Assembly (NCBI GenBank): GCA_964538435.1
Contig: CAZIDX010000001.1
Coordinates: 203,304 to 267,303, forward strand
Source of the DNA: an uncultured Gammaproteobacteria bacterium
Lineage (GTDB): Bacteria; Patescibacteriota; Patescibacteriia; UBA9934; GWF2-40-263
Direction of reading: 5' to 3'
Length of the DNA: 64,000 bases
Part shown: positions 59,937-64,000 of the stretch, one piece after another
Numbering within the stretch: position 1 is the stretch's first letter
How the letters are laid out: the number at the start of each line of letters is the position of its first letter
Made by a program: the position numbers and the translations under genes
Notes under the pieces: model-generated
What the model was told of the DNA's origin: nothing
Databases searched by the model: none
The model's input: only the letters and a program-made list of their open reading frames with translations

Positions 59937-61742
59937 TTACTGATCTCTTTTCAAGACCTTAAGATACGCATCCGTAGGAATATTAACCTTACCTCTACCC
60001 ATCGCCGCCATCTTAGCCTTCCCCTTCTTTTGCTTCTCCAAAAGCTTTCGCTTTCGCGTAACATCTCCACCATACAATCCAGCGGTAACATCCTTTCGAA
60101 CTGCAGAGATTCGCTCACTAGCAACTATCTTACCACCAATCGCAGCCTGCAGCTTAATAACAAAGTTTTGACGAGGAATATTTTCTTTAAGTGACTTCAC
60201 AATCCGCCGACCAGCTTTTGCTGCTTCATCACGATAAACAAGAGTTGAAAACGAATCCACAGGATCTTCAGCTACCAAAATATCCATCCGAACAACATCA
60301 GCAGTCCGATAATCAATGATTTCGTAATTCAGTGATGCATACCCTGAGGTCACCCCTTTCAGCTTGTCGTAAAAATCAACAATGATCATTGAGAGTGGGA
60401 TTTCATAATGCAAAATCGCACGATCCCCAGCCAAATATTCCGTATTCTGATATACACCACGCCGCTCCTGTACAAGCTGCATCACAGCCCCCACATACTC
60501 AGAAGGAGCAACAATATCAACCTTCACCCACGGCTCATCAATATGGTCAACATGTGACGGATCAGGAAGTTCAAGCGGACTCTTGATCATCCGATGCTCT
60601 CCATTGCGCAAGTAAATCTCATACGCAACAGAAGGAACTGTAACAACAAGATCAATGTTGAACTCTCGCTCAAGCCGCTCTTTTAAAATCTCAAGATGAA
60701 GCATTCCAAGCAAACCGCACCTAAATCCATACCCAAGCGCAGGCGAGTGCTCTGACTCATACACAAGCGCAGAGTCATTCAGTTTTAATCGCTCGATCGC
60801 CTCGCGTAAACGATGAAAGTCATCACCTTCCTGTGGAAAAATACCCGCAAACACCATTGGCTTAACCTCCTTGTATCCAGAAAGTGCCTCAGGTTCATTC
60901 TCAACAACATTTGTAATCGTATCACCCACGCGACAAGCACTGATATCCTTGAGCCCAGTCACAACATATCCAATCTGCCCAGTACCAAGCACTGGCGTAG
61001 CCTTAAGCCCACCTGGCGTCACCGCACCTGTCTCAAGCACCTGAGCGTCTCCTCGTGTTGCCATCATCTTCATCTTCTTTCCTTTTTCAAGCACACCATC
61101 CATCACACGAACATACGCCATCACTCCACGATAATCATCATAAAACGAATCAAAAATAAGTGCGCGCGCTGAAACCGCTTCCTGTCCCTTTGGAGCTGGA
61201 ATGCGTTTCACAATCTCATCCAAAAGCTCTGGCACACCTTCACCTGTCTTCCCGCTCACAGCCAAAATCTCATCGCGCTCACAGCCAATAAGCTGCACAA
61301 GCTCCTCTGACCGAGCCTCAACATCAGACGCAGGCAAGTCAATCTTGTTAAGAACCGGAATGATCTCGAGATTCTCCTCAAGCGCTAAGTAAAGATTCCC
61401 AATCGTCTGAGCCTGCACACCCTGAGTAGAGTCAACAAGCAAAATCGCACCCTCAACCGCAGCAAGCGAACGTGACACTTCATAATTAAAGTCCACATGC
61501 CCAGGCGTGTCGATAAGGTTCAAAGTGAACCCATCATGCTCCATCCGAGCCGGAGCAAGCTTAATCGTAATCCCTTTCTCACGCTCAAGCTCCATTGAGT
61601 CCAAAATCTGCTCCTTCATCTTCCGCTTGTCTACAGCACCCGTAACTTCAAGAAGCCGATCCGAAAGGGTCGACTTACCATGATCAATATGCGCAATAAT
61701 GCAAAAATTTCTAATCTTTTCTTGTGGAATTCGTTCAGTCAT
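59937..61742 (-). CDS. lepA: elongation factor 4
   Basis: IRNFCIIAHIDHGKSTL, DTPGHVDF, NKID, YGGDVTRKRKLLEKQK. Confidence 0.97.
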   Translation of the reverse strand: MTERIPQEKIRNFCIIAHIDHGKSTLSDRLLEVTGAVDKRKMKEQILDSMELEREKGITIKLAPARMEHDGFTLNLIDTPGHVDFNYEVSRSLAAVEGAILLVDSTQGVQAQTIGNLYLALEENLEIIPVLNKIDLPASDVEARSEELVQLIGCERDEILAVSGKTGEGVPELLDEIVKRIPAPKGQEAVSARALIFDSFYDDYRGVMAYVRVMDGVLEKGKKMKMMATRGDAQVLETGAVTPGGLKATPVLGTGQIGYVVTGLKDISACRVGDTITNVVENEPEALSGYKEVKPMVFAGIFPQEGDDFHRLREAIERLKLNDSALVYESEHSPALGYGFRCGLLGMLHLEILKERLEREFNIDLVVTVPSVAYEIYLRNGEHRMIKSPLELPDPSHVDHIDEPWVKVDIVAPSEYVGAVMQLVQERRGVYQNTEYLAGDRAILHYEIPLSMIIVDFYDKLKGVTSGYASLNYEIIDYRTADVVRMDILVAEDPVDSFSTLVYRDEAAKAGRRIVKSLKENIPRQNFVIKLQAAIGGKIVASERISAVRKDVTAGLYGGDVTRKRKLLEKQKKGKAKMAAMGRGKVNIPTDAYLKVLKRDQ

Positions 61743-61859
61743 AGTCGCCACAATCCTACCTGAAAACTGGTATTTAGTCGAGATTAAAGTCTAACATCCA
61801 AAGCTAGACGTCCAAAGTTAGACTTTGAATCAGAAAAGCGACCCTGCGTGGATCGCTCG

Positions 61860-62186
61860 TCACATGATGATGGTGAATCCAGGGCCTGTGTACGACGGTC
61901 GCTCCCATGGATACGGGAAAATGTACGGATCACGGTTGGGATGGTCAGTGAGTTCGACCCACTCCCGATACTCTTGCATGCACTCCGCCTCTTCGGACTC
62001 AGTGAGATCCTCTTGGCCCGCACAGGTCGGTGCAGGATCGTTGTAGTGAGCACAGTAACGCTCCCAGCTGGCATTCTTGGGCTCCTCACACCCAAGAGGC
62101 AGCTGCTCCTCTTCTTCCTGCTCGACCGTCGCGCAGCCGTAGAGCAGAATCACGCCCATCATGATCATCAGGAGTCCCCGGTTCAT
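61860..62186 (-). CDS. hypothetical lipoprotein
   Basis: LYGC lipobox; AGGAG SD. Confidence 0.65.
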   Translation of the reverse strand: MNRGLLMIMMGVILLYGCATVEQEEEEQLPLGCEEPKNASWERYCAHYNDPAPTCAGQEDLTESEEAECMQEYREWVELTDHPNRDPYIFPYPWERPSYTGPGFTIIM

Positions 62187-62281
62187 ATCTCTCTCCTAGA
62201 TAGGGTTCAGATAAACCCTCGCATAAATATTCTAGCTCGTCAATTAGAAAACCCCGACCGAAGTCGAGGTCCGTGCCTAGA

Positions 62282-62803
62282 TCAGGTGACCCAGGGCATT
62301 TGCGAACGATATCTGCCCTCGAGCACACCGATCAGTGCCTTGCGCGCACTCGGCAGATCCTTGGCATGCACACGGATGTTCATGCGCCTGGAATCGTCCT
62401 TGGTGGGACTGGTCGAGATCACAGCCCCCACCCTGCCATCATCGCTCTTCCAGGTCCCAGGCTTGAGGGCCTTCTCGTCAGTGCGATACACCGTGACCCA
62501 GCTCTCGAGCTGCACGTCGCGCACCGGAACACCCTCGAACTTGCTCTCCACGAACAGCTGATCGCAGGTCGGATCGATCGCCAGGTCCAGACGCGCACAC
62601 AGCGTACCATCGTGCCTGCGCATGATCGTGTCCCCCTCACGGAACTTGTTCACCGGCATGAGCCAAGGAACCTTGCTCTGCTCGAGCTGCTCACGAAACT
62701 CCCCAAGCGGAAGATCCTTGCGCCCGCTGGTTGGCATCTGACATTTGCTCGGATCCATCCCAACAGCCTTCGGATCCATGATGACGAAAACCTGTCCGTA
62801 CAT
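62282..62803 (-). CDS. hypothetical protein
   Basis: GC-rich codon usage; terminator-like hairpin at ~62246-62271. Confidence 0.6.
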   Translation of the reverse strand: MYGQVFVIMDPKAVGMDPSKCQMPTSGRKDLPLGEFREQLEQSKVPWLMPVNKFREGDTIMRRHDGTLCARLDLAIDPTCDQLFVESKFEGVPVRDVQLESWVTVYRTDEKALKPGTWKSDDGRVGAVISTSPTKDDSRRMNIRVHAKDLPSARKALIGVLEGRYRSQMPWVT

Positions 62804-62926
62804 GCAATTTCCCCAATCGAGTTCTCAACAGCCGGACGTTGCGTGCCCCCAAGCACCTCATGTGCTTAGCAACCACAAGATCATGCCAAATCCTCAACAA
62901 AACGTCAAGAAAAGAAAAACCCAGAC

Positions 62927-63319
62927 TTACGCCTGAGCAGAGCCGCCGAACGCATCGGCGGGTGTGATGTTCTCTCCAGGAGCATGGAGCTTGAACGATG
63001 GCGTGTCACCAACCACGATGAGAATTGATTCATCCTCGAGTCGATGCGGAGTGCTGTCACAGAGCGGAACCAGCGGAGAATTGAGCCCATCACCAGACTT
63101 GATGATGTGAGGCCGCGCATCAACCATTCCCCGATACGCCACCCACTCCGGACGAAAAAGCACAGAGTCACCCACTCGAACCATGGCACCCATGGGACCT
63201 CGAAACAGCATGATCGGACCGAGCTTCAACACAACCTCAAAATCAAGCCCTCTCACACTGAATTCATAGAGCAACTCATCCCAGTCCATAGGACCCACCC
63301 GAATCATTGAACCATCCAT
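62927..63319 (-). CDS. hypothetical protein
   Basis: AGGAGGTG SD before ATG. Confidence 0.6.
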   Translation of the reverse strand: MDGSMIRVGPMDWDELLYEFSVRGLDFEVVLKLGPIMLFRGPMGAMVRVGDSVLFRPEWVAYRGMVDARPHIIKSGDGLNSPLVPLCDSTPHRLEDESILIVVGDTPSFKLHAPGENITPADAFGGSAQA

Positions 63320-63471
63320 CGCGCTTCACCTCCTAGCAACATTCACAGATAACGACCATACCAAAACCCGCAAATCCGTCAAACCAACACCCAGTGTCCA
63401 ACACTGGATGCCCAACACTGGATGTTGAATTAGAAAAGCGTACCGTATTACCGATACGCTCCGTTGGTGGC

Positions 63472-64000
63472 CTAGGCCACCTTGATCTCGATCGAGTCCA
63501 GGGCTTGCCCCAGATCCCAGATCAGATCCTTCTCCGCCTCGGCTCCGACCGAGAGCCGGATCATGTTCTCGGTGATCCCGATGCGCTCCTGGTCCTCATT
63601 GGACACATCCGAGTGTGTGTGCCAGGCAGGTGCCTCAGCCAGCGTGATTGTCCCACCCAGACTCACAGCCAGACGGGCAATCTTCAGCCTGTTGAGCACC
63701 CTGAAGATGTCTTCCTTGCCACCCTTGACCGTGAAGGACATGAGCGACCCACCGCCACGACACTGCTCCTTGAAACGCCGCATCTGCTCCTCATCCTGCT
63801 CGAACCCAGGGTAGTAGACCTTGTCCACTGCCGGATGTTCGTGCAGGAACCGAGCGATCCGCTGCGCCCGCGCCTGAGTCCACTCGATGCGCATGTGCAG
63901 AGTCTCGAGACTGCGAAGCAGCATCCAGGCCGTGTGCACACCGATCACCGTACCCAGAATCGTACGGAACGCCTTGAGTAGAGTGATCTGTTCGATGCTC
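63472..64000 (-). CDS. PLP-dependent cystathionine gamma-synthase/methionine gamma-lyase family, 5'-truncated by window edge
   Basis: AWMLLRSLETL..R, HPAVDKVYYPG, LAVSLGG, IRLSVGAE. Confidence 0.9.
   Translation of the reverse strand, partial: SIEQITLLKAFRTILGTVIGVHTAWMLLRSLETLHMRIEWTQARAQRIARFLHEHPAVDKVYYPGFEQDEEQMRRFKEQCRGGGSLMSFTVKGGKEDIFRVLNRLKIARLAVSLGGTITLAEAPAWHTHSDVSNEDQERIGITENMIRLSVGAEAEKDLIWDLGQALDSIEIKVA

Overview
Bacterial chromosome segment, most likely from a Patescibacteria (CPR) genome, possibly Uhrbacteria-like. This is inferred from gene content and style (type IV pilus genes, TrmB and PaaX/Cas2-like regulators, core genes without Shine-Dalgarno) and not from a database search. 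Housekeeping genes (rpoD, dnaG, gatCA, ligA, lgt, recJ, rnhA, lepA, greA, mutY, pilM/pilD, a MacAB-like exporter) are interleaved with GC-rich, SD-led solo genes. Positions 1.3-12.4 kb are a heavily reworked tRNA-Asn locus. Its 3' side holds three att-like scars, an AT-rich cargo (Type IIG/ISP-like RM, DUF2779 nuclease, Zn-ribbon/PIN-like protein) and a Y1/RAYT-type transposase with 19-bp terminal inverted repeats. Its 5' side holds the most striking feature: a small GIY-YIG nuclease gene that starts at the anticodon of a duplicated tRNA 5' half and ends inside the intact tRNA. The displaced half has been hit twice by 30-nt insertions, each made of two 15-nt palindromes. Also present are a RAYT-type MITE, a PaaX/Cas2-like gene bracketed by TCACCATGGTGA palindromes (with an empty pair elsewhere), a promoter-driven ~208-nt structured ncRNA (6S-like), a CX6CX2C radical SAM enzyme and two frameshifted genes. 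All family calls are by motif recognition; no searches were run.
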